The notes under the pieces were generated by a model that had not been told where the DNA came from, did no database searches, and saw only the letters and a program-made list of their open reading frames with translations. A DNA stretch of 64,000 bases from contig CAVSTP010000004.1 in the NCBI GenBank assembly GCA_963730935.1, positions 256,001 to 320,000 of the forward strand, read 5' to 3'. Of the stretch, positions 28,433 through 38,721 are shown one piece after another (within the stretch, counting starts at the first letter, position 1; the number at the start of each line of letters is the position of its first letter). The stretch is from an uncultured Nitrospiraceae bacterium. Lineage in GTDB: Bacteria; Nitrospirota; Nitrospiria; Nitrospirales; Nitrospiraceae. The translations under genes were made by a program, and so were the position numbers.

Positions 28433-29758
28433 GTGTTTCGGCAAGATAGGCGATCGGGCTATTCGACTTCGTTACTTGCCGGTCTGCTGCTCGTTTTATC
28501 GACTCAAGCCTGGTCCGCCACACCATCCGCCGCGCCCCCTGTTCCTTTGGCCGCTGAGCAGCGCACGTCAGGCTCCACGCGACTCAGCCTGACCGACGCC
28601 TTGGCCCTGTTTCTGCAGCAGAATCTCGACGTCCTCATCGCCAAATACGGCATCGAATACAGCAAGGGACAACAAATCACTGCGAGGCTGTTTCCCAATC
28701 CGGTCGCGTCGATCGGTACGCTGAGTTCCTATACTCAAGGCCGGACTCTGTCTACCGGCGGACAACTCTTCTTTCAAGCCCAACAGCTGTTTGAACTGGC
28801 CGGCAAGCGCGGATACCGAATCGAAAGCGCGGGATTCGGGGCGCAGTCCGCTGAAGCGGCGTTCGAGGATGCCGTTCGTCAACTGGGGTTTACCGTCAAG
28901 GACAGTTATTACCGGGTGCAGTTGGCACAGCGACGGTTGGCCCTGGCCGAAGAGAACCGCGACCGGTTCTCACGGATTCTCGACATCAATACGATCCGCT
29001 TCAAAAAGGGGTATATCGCCGAAGTCGACCTCATCCGGATCCGTCTGCAAATGGTCGATTTCCACTCGATGGTCATTCAATCTCTGCAGGAAGCGGAATC
29101 GGCCCGCGGGGACCTGCGGCAACTGCTCCGCCTCTCGCCGGCGACCACGCTGGAACTGACCACGGATTTGGAGTTCAGGCGCATCGATCCCGAGATTGGC
29201 AAATTGCGGTTAGTTGCGGTGGATGTTCGGCCGGATGTGCGGTCTAAACGGTTCACGTTCTCGCAGCGGGAAGCTGATCTACGGCTGGCCCAAGCCTATC
29301 GGGTGCCGGACGTCACCGTCGGCGCCGGGTACGCCATCCAAGGGTCATTAGGACCGGATAATCCCCAACAATGGGCGCTCAATTTCGGTCTGCCGGTTCC
29401 GCTCTTCAACCGCAATCAGGGCGGGATCAGGCAGGCCGAGGTTGCCGTGCAGACGGCCGAAGCGGACTTGAATAAGGTCCTCAATGTGGTTGAGAATGAA
29501 GTGGAAGTCGCCTACCGGAATCTCATGCACAGCCGGCGGTTGGTGGAAGCCTACGTAGGCGGAGTGCTGGACGATGCGCGCGCCACCTTCACCATCGTCG
29601 AACGAGCGTATGAACGGGGAGGGGCCACCATCCTCGATCTGCTCGACGCCGCTCGAACCTCGCGCACGATTCAGCAGAACTACATCGAAGCCCTGTTCAA
29701 CTACCAGCGGAATGTGCTGCAACTGGAATCGGCGGTCGGCCAAGAGATTGCCTCATGA
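28433..29758 (+). CDS. TolC/CzcC-family outer membrane efflux protein
   Basis: ELAGKRGYR, PVPLFNRNQG, AYERGGATILDLLDA. Confidence 0.92.
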   Translation: MFRQDRRSGYSTSLLAGLLLVLSTQAWSATPSAAPPVPLAAEQRTSGSTRLSLTDALALFLQQNLDVLIAKYGIEYSKGQQITARLFPNPVASIGTLSSYTQGRTLSTGGQLFFQAQQLFELAGKRGYRIESAGFGAQSAEAAFEDAVRQLGFTVKDSYYRVQLAQRRLALAEENRDRFSRILDINTIRFKKGYIAEVDLIRIRLQMVDFHSMVIQSLQEAESARGDLRQLLRLSPATTLELTTDLEFRRIDPEIGKLRLVAVDVRPDVRSKRFTFSQREADLRLAQAYRVPDVTVGAGYAIQGSLGPDNPQQWALNFGLPVPLFNRNQGGIRQAEVAVQTAEADLNKVLNVVENEVEVAYRNLMHSRRLVEAYVGGVLDDARATFTIVERAYERGGATILDLLDAARTSRTIQQNYIEALFNYQRNVLQLESAVGQEIAS

Positions 29759-30915
29759 TGACATCTGCTAACAGAAGCTTTTTCTCTGTTGTGGCCCTGT
29801 CGTTGCTGTGCCTCACCGCCTGCGGGAAGGGAGACCAACCGGCCAACTCGGATGCCGCCACACCTCCGCACGGGAAGACCCGCGTCCTTCCTCACGACGC
29901 CGTGCCTCGCGTCGAAACCGGCGTCGTGGACTACGGCGGCATGCAGCAGGATCTCAGTTTGGCCGGCAAGATGGCCTACGGCGAAGACCGTTACTCCAAG
30001 ATCTCCTCTCCGTTGCAAGGACGTGTCGTCGAGGTCCGGGCGCATCTGGGCGACCGGGTCAAGGCCGGAGCGGTCCTGCTAGTCGTCGATAGCCCGGATA
30101 TCGCGCAAGCCTATTCAGAGTACGTCAAGGAAGACTCGGACTTGCAGTACGCCACCCGCTCCCACGAACTGGCGAAAGATCTGTACTCCAACAAGGCCCT
30201 GCCGCTCAAAGACCTCAAGCAGGCGGAGAATGAATTGGTAAAGGCCAGGGCGGAGTTCCGGCGGGCCAAGGAACGGCTGTTGTCCTTGCGTGTACCTGCC
30301 GAAGAGTTGAACAAACCTGTTGATAAGCAGCAGATCACCTCTCGTTTTGAGATGAAGAGTCCGCTGACGGGCATCGTGGTCGAGCGTATGGTGACGCCGG
30401 GACAGTCAGTCGGTGGCGACGCCAACCAAGTCCTCTTTACGGTGGCGGATCTCGATATGCTGCAAGTCGTCGCCGACGTCTACGAGCGGGATCTGGCGTT
30501 GGTGAAGGAAGGGCAGTTCGCGAAGGTCAAAGTTGAGGCCTATCCCGAGGTTGATTTTCCCGCGACCGTGGCCTCGGTGGGCGATGTCGTCGATCCGGCC
30601 AGCCGGACGATCAAACTGCGGGCCTGGGTAAACAATCAGGACCATCGCTTGAAGCCCGAAATGTTTGCCCGCCTGCATATTCAGGTGGGCGATGCGACGA
30701 AGATCCTCGTCGTCCCAAAGGAGGCGGTGTTGGAATCCGACGGCAAACAATTCGTGTTCGTCGTCGAAGAGCCCAACCACTACGTCAGGCACGAGGTCAA
30801 AGTTTCCAATTTCACCACCGACCAAATGCGCGTGCTTGAAGGGCTGACGCCGGGCCAACGAATCGTGACCAAAGGCGCAGTGTTGATCAAAGGCCAAGAA
30901 GTCAAAGGCGGCTGA
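29755..30915 (+). CDS. RND periplasmic adaptor (CzcB-like), lipoprotein
   Basis: LTAC lipobox; SPLQGRV, ADLD.LQV.ADVYE, LKPEMFAR. Confidence 0.92.
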   Translation: MMTSANRSFFSVVALSLLCLTACGKGDQPANSDAATPPHGKTRVLPHDAVPRVETGVVDYGGMQQDLSLAGKMAYGEDRYSKISSPLQGRVVEVRAHLGDRVKAGAVLLVVDSPDIAQAYSEYVKEDSDLQYATRSHELAKDLYSNKALPLKDLKQAENELVKARAEFRRAKERLLSLRVPAEELNKPVDKQQITSRFEMKSPLTGIVVERMVTPGQSVGGDANQVLFTVADLDMLQVVADVYERDLALVKEGQFAKVKVEAYPEVDFPATVASVGDVVDPASRTIKLRAWVNNQDHRLKPEMFARLHIQVGDATKILVVPKEAVLESDGKQFVFVVEEPNHYVRHEVKVSNFTTDQMRVLEGLTPGQRIVTKGAVLIKGQEVKGG

Positions 30916-30964
30916 ACGGGTGCACCTTCCTGTTTCCCCAGATTCCCCGGGTTCACTGATATAG

Positions 30965-33900
30965 ATGATCGCCCGTCTCGTCGAGATATCCCTCGTCCAG
31001 CGCATCCTGTTCTGCGCATTGGGACTCGCGCTGTTGTTCGGTGGACTCTACTCGTTCCATCTGCTCGACATCGTCGCCTATCCGGACCCTTCTCCTCCGA
31101 TGGTCGAACTGATCACCCAGAATCCGGGGTGGTCGGCCGAAGAAATCGAACGGCAGATCACCATCCCTATGGAGGTGGCGCTGACCGGCATGCCCGGCTT
31201 GAGCGACATCCGCTCGCTCTCGATTTTCGGCCTGAGCGACATCAAGGTCTATTTCGATTTCGGCACTGACATCTTTCGCGACCGGCAGGAAGTACTCAAC
31301 CGCGTGGCGTCGGTGGACTTTCCGCCCGGTGTCCAACCATCGCTGTCCCCGTGGTGGGCGATCGCCGAGATTTACCGCTATGAGCTCACCGGAGAGCCGG
31401 GCGTCAATCTGACGGAGTTGAAAACCGTGCAGGACTGGCAGGTGCGCCGGTCGTTCCGCCGCATCCCCGGCGTGATCGACGTCACTGCGTTCGGGGGTAC
31501 GACAAAGGAATACCACGTCGACATCGATCCCGGTCGGTTGATCAGCTACGGCGTCAATCTATCCCAGGCGATGACTGCGTTGCAAAACAGCAATGCGAAC
31601 GTCGGTGGCAATTACTTGGCTCTGGGCGCACAGAATTACAACGTGCGGGGGGTCGGCCTGATCAACGGCATTGAGGACATCGAGAACGTCATGGTCGCCC
31701 AAAAGGACGGCACGCCGATCTATGTGAAGACGTTGGGCAACGTCAACGTCGGCAGCCGCATCCGCCTCGGGAAGGTCGGCATCGATGATCGTGACGACGT
31801 CGTGGAAGGGGTCGTGCTGCTGCAGCGCGGCTACAAGGCCATGCCGGTGCTCGACAAGGTCCGGGAGAAAGTGGACGAGCTCAACACCTGGAAACTGCCG
31901 TCCGGCATCAAGATCAGGACATTTTACGACCGCACTGCGCTGATCAACACGACAGTCGAAACGGTCACCGATATCTTGCTCAGCGGGATGGTGCTCGTCT
32001 TTGTGCTGCTCTATGTCTTCCTGGGGAACTTTCGGGCGGCCGGCATCGTTGCACTGACGATTCCGATGTCGCTCTTGTTTACGTTCGCCATGATGGTCTT
32101 GATCGGGCAATCGGCCAATCTCATTTCGCTCGGGGCCATCGATTTCGGGATTATCGTCGACGCCACGCTGATCATGGTGGAAAGCATTTTCTTTCATCTG
32201 GCCCATGCGAAAACGCCGGGCCTCACCGTGCACCAGCAGATCGTCCGGGCCGCCCGCCAGGTGGGCCAGCCGATTTTCTATTCGACCGCGATCATCGTGG
32301 TGGCCTTCATTCCCCTGTTCACGATGACAGGCGTACCGGGAAAGATTTTCGCGCCAATGTCGATCACCTATGGATTCGCCTTATTGGGTGCGCTGCTCAT
32401 GGCCTTTACGCTGGCTCCCGTGCTCTGCTCGTTTTTGCTCACGGGACCAATTAGTGAAGAAGATACATTTCTGGTCAAGCCGCTGCGGAAACTGTATCAG
32501 AGCACACTCCATTGGGCGCTGGATCACCGCCAAGTGGTGGTGGCGCTGGCCGCGGGCTTGTTGATCGTGGCCCTCGTCGCCCTTCAGTTTTTGGGAGGAG
32601 AGTTCATGCCGGCGCTCGAAGAGGGCAATCTCTGGGTGCGGGCCACGATGCCCGTGGACATTTCATTCGACCAAGCGGCGCGGCTGGCCACCGACATCCG
32701 GGGCATGTTCAGGCAGTCGCCAGAAGTGACGACAGTCGTGTCACAGCTCGGCCGACCGGACGACGGAACCGATCCCACGAGTTTTTTTAACGCCGAATTT
32801 TTGGCAAACCTGAAACCGCAGGCTGAATGGCGACGAGGGCTCAGCAAAGACGATCTCGTGGAAGAGATCGAGCAACGCTTGAAGACCATTCCCGGGGTGA
32901 TCTTCAATTTTTCACAGGTCATCCAGGATAACGTGGAAGAAGCCATGTCGGGCGTCAAAGGGGAAAATTCCATCAAACTGTTCGGCGCCGACTTGAAAAC
33001 GATGGAAACACTCGCCGGCCAGATCGAAAAGCAAATGCACCAGATCCGTGGCGTCAAGGACCTGGGCATTTTCCGGCTCCTCGGCCAGCCCAATCTCTTG
33101 ATCAAGGTGGACCGACAGGCAAGCGCTCGCTATGGGCTGCAAGTGTCCGATGTGAACGCGGTGGTGCAGGCCGCCATCGGCGGCCAGGCGGTGACGCAGG
33201 TCTACGAAGGGGAACGGCTCTTTGATCTCGTCGTCCGGTTTCTTCCGGAATACCGGCAGGATGTCGAGGCGATCAGCAACATTCTGGTCAGTACACCGGA
33301 CGGCGCCAGAATTCCCCTGAAGCAGCTGGCCACCATCGCCACCCAGACCGGGGCGTTCATCATCTATCGCGAGAACAATGAGCGCTATATCCCAATCAAG
33401 TTCAGCGTTCGCGATCGTGATCTGGAAAGCACCGTTGAAGAGGCCCAGGCGCTCCTCACGAAGACCATCACGCTTCCGGAGCGGTACCGTATGGAATGGG
33501 CCGGCCAGTACGATCAGCTCAAAGATGAACAGAAACGCCTCGCCAAGATCGTCCCGTTGAGTCTGTTGCTCATCCTTCTGCTGCTCTATATCACCTTCGA
33601 TTCGCTGAAGAATGCACTCCTGGTGCTTTCGGCCGTCCCATTTGCGCTGATCGGCGGCGTGATTGCGCTGGTGGCGACCCACACGAACTTCAGTATTTCG
33701 GCGGCGGTGGGCATTATTTCGACCCTCGGCGTGGCCATTTTGGGGGGAGTCCTGCTGATTTCGCGAATCGAAGACGGCCGTCAGGCGGGGTTGAATCTTC
33801 GCGAAGCGATCATGCAGGCAGCTGCCGTACAAATGCGGCCCATTCTCATGGCAACCGTCGGTGCAGCCATCGGCCTCCTGCCTGCAGCAGTGGCCACCGG

Positions 33901-34030
33901 GATTGGATCGCAGGCCCAAAAGCCGTTGGCCAGAGTCGTGGTCGGGGGGATGCTGACCGCCGCCTTCTTGATTCTGGTAGTGTTGCCGGTGTTATATGAA
34001 TTAGTACATCGCCGAACGGACCGCGAATAA
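30965..34030 (+). CDS. CusA/CzcA-family heavy-metal RND transporter
   Basis: 1021 aa; AIDFGIIVDA, RPILMA, QKPLARVVVGG. Confidence 0.95.
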   Translation: MIARLVEISLVQRILFCALGLALLFGGLYSFHLLDIVAYPDPSPPMVELITQNPGWSAEEIERQITIPMEVALTGMPGLSDIRSLSIFGLSDIKVYFDFGTDIFRDRQEVLNRVASVDFPPGVQPSLSPWWAIAEIYRYELTGEPGVNLTELKTVQDWQVRRSFRRIPGVIDVTAFGGTTKEYHVDIDPGRLISYGVNLSQAMTALQNSNANVGGNYLALGAQNYNVRGVGLINGIEDIENVMVAQKDGTPIYVKTLGNVNVGSRIRLGKVGIDDRDDVVEGVVLLQRGYKAMPVLDKVREKVDELNTWKLPSGIKIRTFYDRTALINTTVETVTDILLSGMVLVFVLLYVFLGNFRAAGIVALTIPMSLLFTFAMMVLIGQSANLISLGAIDFGIIVDATLIMVESIFFHLAHAKTPGLTVHQQIVRAARQVGQPIFYSTAIIVVAFIPLFTMTGVPGKIFAPMSITYGFALLGALLMAFTLAPVLCSFLLTGPISEEDTFLVKPLRKLYQSTLHWALDHRQVVVALAAGLLIVALVALQFLGGEFMPALEEGNLWVRATMPVDISFDQAARLATDIRGMFRQSPEVTTVVSQLGRPDDGTDPTSFFNAEFLANLKPQAEWRRGLSKDDLVEEIEQRLKTIPGVIFNFSQVIQDNVEEAMSGVKGENSIKLFGADLKTMETLAGQIEKQMHQIRGVKDLGIFRLLGQPNLLIKVDRQASARYGLQVSDVNAVVQAAIGGQAVTQVYEGERLFDLVVRFLPEYRQDVEAISNILVSTPDGARIPLKQLATIATQTGAFIIYRENNERYIPIKFSVRDRDLESTVEEAQALLTKTITLPERYRMEWAGQYDQLKDEQKRLAKIVPLSLLLILLLLYITFDSLKNALLVLSAVPFALIGGVIALVATHTNFSISAAVGIISTLGVAILGGVLLISRIEDGRQAGLNLREAIMQAAAVQMRPILMATVGAAIGLLPAAVATGIGSQAQKPLARVVVGGMLTAAFLILVVLPVLYELVHRRTDRE

Positions 34031-34045
34031 CGAAAGAGGAGAAAT

Positions 34046-34849
34046 GTGCGTACGAGACTATGTGTTTGGACGCTGACCATGACAGTCGTCCTGGGCCTGG
34101 ACGCATCGCTCACCTTGGCTGATCAAGCACTGCAGGCCCGGCCCGTGCCGGTGCAAATGCCCTATGAGATGCCGCCGCAGTTCCAGGATGCCCCGCCGGC
34201 GGTCACGGTTCCGCCGAATACCAAACCCCTCACGCAGGACGAGCTTCAACGCGCCGAAGCCTTGCTTCCCTTACTCGAAGGCAAGCAAGAATTCTGGGCC
34301 ATGGGCGAATTCGTGCATCTGGGGGAATCCAGCGTGCCTGTGCTGGTCAAGGCCTTGAGCATGCCAGGGCCTCGAACCCGCTACAACGCCATTGAGACGC
34401 TCTCGATGCTGAATGCCGCCTCGGGGGTGCCGGCGTTGATCAATACGGCGAAGGACCCCAATGAGCTGCCCCGCGTGCGTGAGCATGCGTTGCGGGTCGC
34501 GATTCGTCTGGATCCTTCAAAAACGCCTGAGGCCATTCAAGCCATGGCGAAGGACCAAAATTCGTCCATCCGCAAGGCGGCTGCCTTTGGCTCCCGTTAC
34601 GTGCGTGACAAGGCCGTCGTCCCGATTCTCATCGGAATGATCGCAGATGACGAGCGCTTCGTGGCCATGTCGGCCGTGCAATCACTCTGGATCCTGACGC
34701 TGCACGAGACAGAATTCCATGATTGGGACGCGTCGACGAAAGCCGACCGGCAGGAGTGGATGGCGGAATGGATGGAGTGGTGGAACGGAGAGAAAGAGAC
34801 GTTTCAGATTCCGGAGCCTCGTCGGAGGTCGTCCAAAATCCAAGGCTGA
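34046..34849 (+). CDS. Exported HEAT-repeat protein
   Basis: Signal peptide; repeated VP.L...L...R..A helical repeats. Confidence 0.8.
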   Translation: MRTRLCVWTLTMTVVLGLDASLTLADQALQARPVPVQMPYEMPPQFQDAPPAVTVPPNTKPLTQDELQRAEALLPLLEGKQEFWAMGEFVHLGESSVPVLVKALSMPGPRTRYNAIETLSMLNAASGVPALINTAKDPNELPRVREHALRVAIRLDPSKTPEAIQAMAKDQNSSIRKAAAFGSRYVRDKAVVPILIGMIADDERFVAMSAVQSLWILTLHETEFHDWDASTKADRQEWMAEWMEWWNGEKETFQIPEPRRRSSKIQG

Positions 34850-34931
34850 TGGGCGCCTTGCGGCTCAAAAAAACCGTATGTTATACGTGTCATGGCCGGC
34901 GTTGACCGGTCAATTCCACTAGGACGATCTG

Positions 34932-35462
34932 ATGGCTGTGCTGCCGATTGCAAAACTCGGAAATCCGGTGCTCCGGAAGATTGCCGCTCGGGTGGATCCG
35001 CGCGAGATCCGGACCAAGGAGTTCCAGCAACTCATCGACGACATGTTCGAGACTATGCTCGAAGAGCCCGGGATCGGCCTGGCGGCGCCGCAGGTGTCGC
35101 AGTCGGTTCAGCTCGTGGTCATGGGCTGCGAAGGGGAAGGCGGATTTCCCACGACGACGCTGATCAACCCGACGATCGTCTATTACGGCCCGCAGCAGGT
35201 TGAGAACTGGGAAGGCTGTTTGAGCGTGGATGGTTTCCGGGGAAAAGTCACCAGGCCGGCAGTGGTGCGTGTCCAAGCACTCGACCGTGACGGCAAATCC
35301 ATTGATGTCGAGGCCGATGGCCTCTATGCGGTATGCATCCAACACGAAATGGATCATCTGATCGGCAAGGTGTTCCTCGATCGCATGACGGACCTGTCCA
35401 CCCTCACCCAGCTGAGCGAGTTCGAGAAATTCTGGCGGAAAGAGCCCACCCCGGTCATTTGA
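34932..35462 (+). CDS. def: Peptide deformylase
   Basis: GIGLAAPQV, EGCLSV, QHEMDHL. Confidence 0.97.
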   Translation: MAVLPIAKLGNPVLRKIAARVDPREIRTKEFQQLIDDMFETMLEEPGIGLAAPQVSQSVQLVVMGCEGEGGFPTTTLINPTIVYYGPQQVENWEGCLSVDGFRGKVTRPAVVRVQALDRDGKSIDVEADGLYAVCIQHEMDHLIGKVFLDRMTDLSTLTQLSEFEKFWRKEPTPVI

Positions 35463-35577
35463 CGCGTTCGCATTGGCAATGTGTAATGAGCAATGGGCGA
35501 GCGGCCGACTCTGGACTCTTGTCGCTCCCCATGCCGTATAGGTAATTTCTCGGAAACCTTCCGCTCCGGTCATCATC

Positions 35578-37302
35578 GTGAAAACCTTGTTGCGCGTGCT
35601 TCAATATCTTCGTCCCCATCGCTCGATGGTCATTGGCACGTTTGTGTTTGCCGGACTGACCACCACGTTCGAGCTCGTGCCACCATGGTTGATCAAAGTC
35701 CTCATCGATGACGTGATCCAGGCGGGCAAGACGCATCTGCTCTCACTCGTCTTCGCGGGGCTCTGCACCGCCTATGTGTTGCGGAATATCTGCGCATCGG
35801 CGCGAATCAAGCTGAACAATAGCCTCGAGCAGCAGATCGTGCATGATCTGCACGTGCAGGTGTTCGCCGCCCTTCAGCGCTTGTCGATCAGTTTCTTCGA
35901 GAACCGCTCGACGGGCGAAATCATGTCGCGCGTCTTGAACGACACCGAGCACATGCAGCGCATTTTTGTGGACGGCCTCGAGGAAATCATCACGGCGGGT
36001 TTGACTCTGGTCGGCATCATGGCCGTGCTGTTCTGGCTCAATTGGAAATTAGCGCTGCTGGCACTTGTCCCCATCCCGTTGCTGATTCTGGGCGCCATCG
36101 CCTTTACCAAGCGGATTCATAATTACTATCGGAAAATTCGGAAGGGTTCCGCCGAGCTGAACGCCTTGCTGCAGGATTCGCTGGCCGGCATCAGAGAGAC
36201 CATGGGATACAACCGGCAGGCCTATGAACAGGATCGATTCGACGGCAAGAGCGACCAGTGCCGCCGCGATACCCTGAAGGCGATGTATCTGTGGTCGTAT
36301 TACTCGCCTGGCATGATGCTCGTTGGAAGCTTGGGCGGGGCGCTCGTGCTGTGGAACGGGGCGCAGGAAGTCCTTCGGCTGCATTTGTCCGTCGGCGAGC
36401 TCGTGATGTTCATGTCCTATCTCGCCCTCTTTTACGTGCCCATCAATCAGATCCATTCGGTCAATCACATGCTGCAGCATGCGCTTGCCGCGAGCGAGCG
36501 GGTGTTCGAGGTCCTCGACATTGTGCCCGACGTCAAGGATGAGCCGGGTGTCCGGGCACCGGCGACCCGATTGACTGGGGAAATCGAATTCCGGCAGGTA
36601 CATTTTCACTATCGGCCGGAGGCGCCCATTCTCAACGAGGTGTCGCTCATTGTCCGTGCCGGCGAACGGGTGGCGTTGGTGGGCCCCAGCGGTGCCGGCA
36701 AGAGCACAACCTTGAAGCTGCTGTCGCGGTTCTACGACGTGACGGGAGGCGAGATCACCATCGACGGCTATGACCTCCGACGCATGCCCGTCGCTTTTCT
36801 CCGTAGCCAGATTGGGCTGGTGCAGCAGGAACCCTTCCTCTTCAATGGGACCGTGCGTGAGAATCTGTTGTACGGCAACCTCTCGGCCAGCCATGACGAC
36901 GTTGTCTCGGCTGCGAAAGCCGCGCGTGCCCATGAGTTCATTGTCAAGCTGCCGGAAGGGTATGACACCTGGATCGGGGAGCGGGGGGTGAAGTTATCGG
37001 TCGGCCAGCGTCAGCGGGTCTCCATTGCCCGTGTGCTGTTGAAAGACCCGCCCATCGTCATGTTCGACGAAGCGACGTCCAACATCGATACGGAAACGGA
37101 AGTCAAAATCAGGGAAGCGTTAGACGAACTGACGAAGGGCAGGACGACGATTGTGATTGCCCACCGCCTTTCGACCGTGCACGGCATGGACCGCATCATT
37201 GTGGTGGATCATGGACGCGTGGTCGAAGACGGCCCGCACGAGGTGCTGATAGCGCGGGGCGGGCTGTATGCCGGCTTGTATGAGGCGCAATTCCAGACCT
37301 AA
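35578..37302 (+). CDS. ABC exporter, fused TMD and NBD (MsbA-like)
   Basis: GPSGAGKST, LSVGQRQR, FDEATS, IAHRLST. Confidence 0.95.
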   Translation: MKTLLRVLQYLRPHRSMVIGTFVFAGLTTTFELVPPWLIKVLIDDVIQAGKTHLLSLVFAGLCTAYVLRNICASARIKLNNSLEQQIVHDLHVQVFAALQRLSISFFENRSTGEIMSRVLNDTEHMQRIFVDGLEEIITAGLTLVGIMAVLFWLNWKLALLALVPIPLLILGAIAFTKRIHNYYRKIRKGSAELNALLQDSLAGIRETMGYNRQAYEQDRFDGKSDQCRRDTLKAMYLWSYYSPGMMLVGSLGGALVLWNGAQEVLRLHLSVGELVMFMSYLALFYVPINQIHSVNHMLQHALAASERVFEVLDIVPDVKDEPGVRAPATRLTGEIEFRQVHFHYRPEAPILNEVSLIVRAGERVALVGPSGAGKSTTLKLLSRFYDVTGGEITIDGYDLRRMPVAFLRSQIGLVQQEPFLFNGTVRENLLYGNLSASHDDVVSAAKAARAHEFIVKLPEGYDTWIGERGVKLSVGQRQRVSIARVLLKDPPIVMFDEATSNIDTETEVKIREALDELTKGRTTIVIAHRLSTVHGMDRIIVVDHGRVVEDGPHEVLIARGGLYAGLYEAQFQT

Positions 37303-37328
37303 CGCCCGTTAAGGCGTGCGAGACTTTT

Positions 37329-37523
37329 ATGGTCTTGATCTACGAAACCGATCCACTGGATAATGAAGATGCGCGTGGACGGTTCTACCATGTCTGCCGC
37401 GGGCGGATTGTCAGGACCGAAATTCAATTGCCGTCAGGCGAGACCGTGTACGAGTGTCCGGAGTGCGGCATTGACCTCGAGCCGGAAGATTTTTGGATCG
37501 CGAGACAGAAAGGATCGGTGTAG
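37329..37523 (+). CDS. Small Zn-ribbon protein
   Basis: HVC...YECPECG. Confidence 0.65.
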   Translation: MVLIYETDPLDNEDARGRFYHVCRGRIVRTEIQLPSGETVYECPECGIDLEPEDFWIARQKGSV

Positions 37524-37528
37524 ACAAG

Positions 37529-37738
37529 ATGCCTAGCAGCGCAGGTCGGAAGACCGTGGCCGTCATGCGGGGGCTCATGATGCTCTGCGACAGTTGCTAT
37601 GACCAGGTCATGGCCGAAAAACTCACGGACCACAAGAATTTCGTCCAGAACTATGAAGCGCTCTTTGATACGATTTGTCCCGGGTGTACAGACATTAATC
37701 GACCGCTCGTCGATGATATGTTGGGGAGTTCCGAGTAA
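37529..37738 (+). CDS. Small CxxC...CxxC protein
   Basis: LCDSC...ICPGC; 5 bp after the previous gene. Confidence 0.65.
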   Translation: MPSSAGRKTVAVMRGLMMLCDSCYDQVMAEKLTDHKNFVQNYEALFDTICPGCTDINRPLVDDMLGSSE

Positions 37739-37757
37739 GGTACGGCAAGCCCGCCCG

Positions 37758-38090
37758 TTATTTGCACTCTTTTCCGTTGAAATACATACAGGTCGACTCT
37801 CCTGATTTGATCTTCCACGTCTTGATCAGGGGCAGTTGACCGTTGCCTCGCATCTCGACGACAAAATCGACCAGGCCTGAGACAGGAAGTTTGTCCATGT
37901 GGGGCTGACCGGCCTCCGGCACCTCGATATAAAACACGGAGCCGAGCGTTGAAATCAGCACCCGGTGGTTGTCTTTGTCGACTTGAATGACAGGACTGTA
38001 AAAACTCTTGTCCTCGGCACTGGCGAAACTGGCGAGAAACAACAGACAGAAGGCGGGAAGTATCGTACGCAAAGAGGGCATAGCGATCAC
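37758..38090 (-). CDS. Small exported hypothetical protein
   Basis: AGGAAGGAG Shine-Dalgarno; signal peptide ending ASA; beta-rich; C-terminal Cys pair. Confidence 0.75.
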   Translation of the reverse strand: MIAMPSLRTILPAFCLLFLASFASAEDKSFYSPVIQVDKDNHRVLISTLGSVFYIEVPEAGQPHMDKLPVSGLVDFVVEMRGNGQLPLIKTWKIKSGESTCMYFNGKECK

Positions 38091-38203
38091 TCCTTCCTAA
38101 TAAAGGCGCGTAAAAGCTCGAAGATGGCGTCATTATCGCATCCAAACGGGCAGGAAGGAAATACGAATCTCTAGGGTTTTAACGGAGCGGCAACAAAGAG
38201 GTC

Positions 38204-38713
38204 TCAGGTGACGGTAATCTCGGCCGGCGACACCCCACCGTTTTTGATCCAATAGGTCTTGATGTCCGGCTTGGCCTGCATCAGCGAGACGAGCAGGTAC
38301 GCGGGAGTCGGCAGATTGATCTTCGGCCAGATCTCTTCGTAATCGGTGGCGATCTTGATGTCGGTCACCGAGGGTCTGGCGGGATCGTGAGGGTGGGAAT
38401 GGTAGACCACTTGCAGGTCGAGGCCTTTGTTCCGCATGTCTTTCTTGGCAGCCGAAAAATCCTGCATGTCCATGACGAAGGCGATCTCCGCGCGCTCGGC
38501 CGGTGACAACCGTTCCAGATGGGCAGCCTTGGCGGGGTCGAACGATGAGAGGTTCTGAGCGCCTTCCAGCGCGACGATATTCTTTACCCGATAGACGGTA
38601 GTGACGGTCTGGTCGGTGCCTGCGAGAAGTCCGCAGCATTCGTAGGGTGCAAGCTCCTGCGCATGTGCCACGATGTCGTCGAGAATGTGCTGGGGGATGG
38701 TCAGATCCGCCAC
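38204..38713 (-). CDS. JAB/JAMM (M67, Mec-like) metallopeptidase
   Basis: PYECCGLL and YHSHP...PS.TD JAMM motif. Confidence 0.92.
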   Translation of the reverse strand: MADLTIPQHILDDIVAHAQELAPYECCGLLAGTDQTVTTVYRVKNIVALEGAQNLSSFDPAKAAHLERLSPAERAEIAFVMDMQDFSAAKKDMRNKGLDLQVVYHSHPHDPARPSVTDIKIATDYEEIWPKINLPTPAYLLVSLMQAKPDIKTYWIKNGGVSPAEITVT

Positions 38714-38721
38714 GTGCCTGC

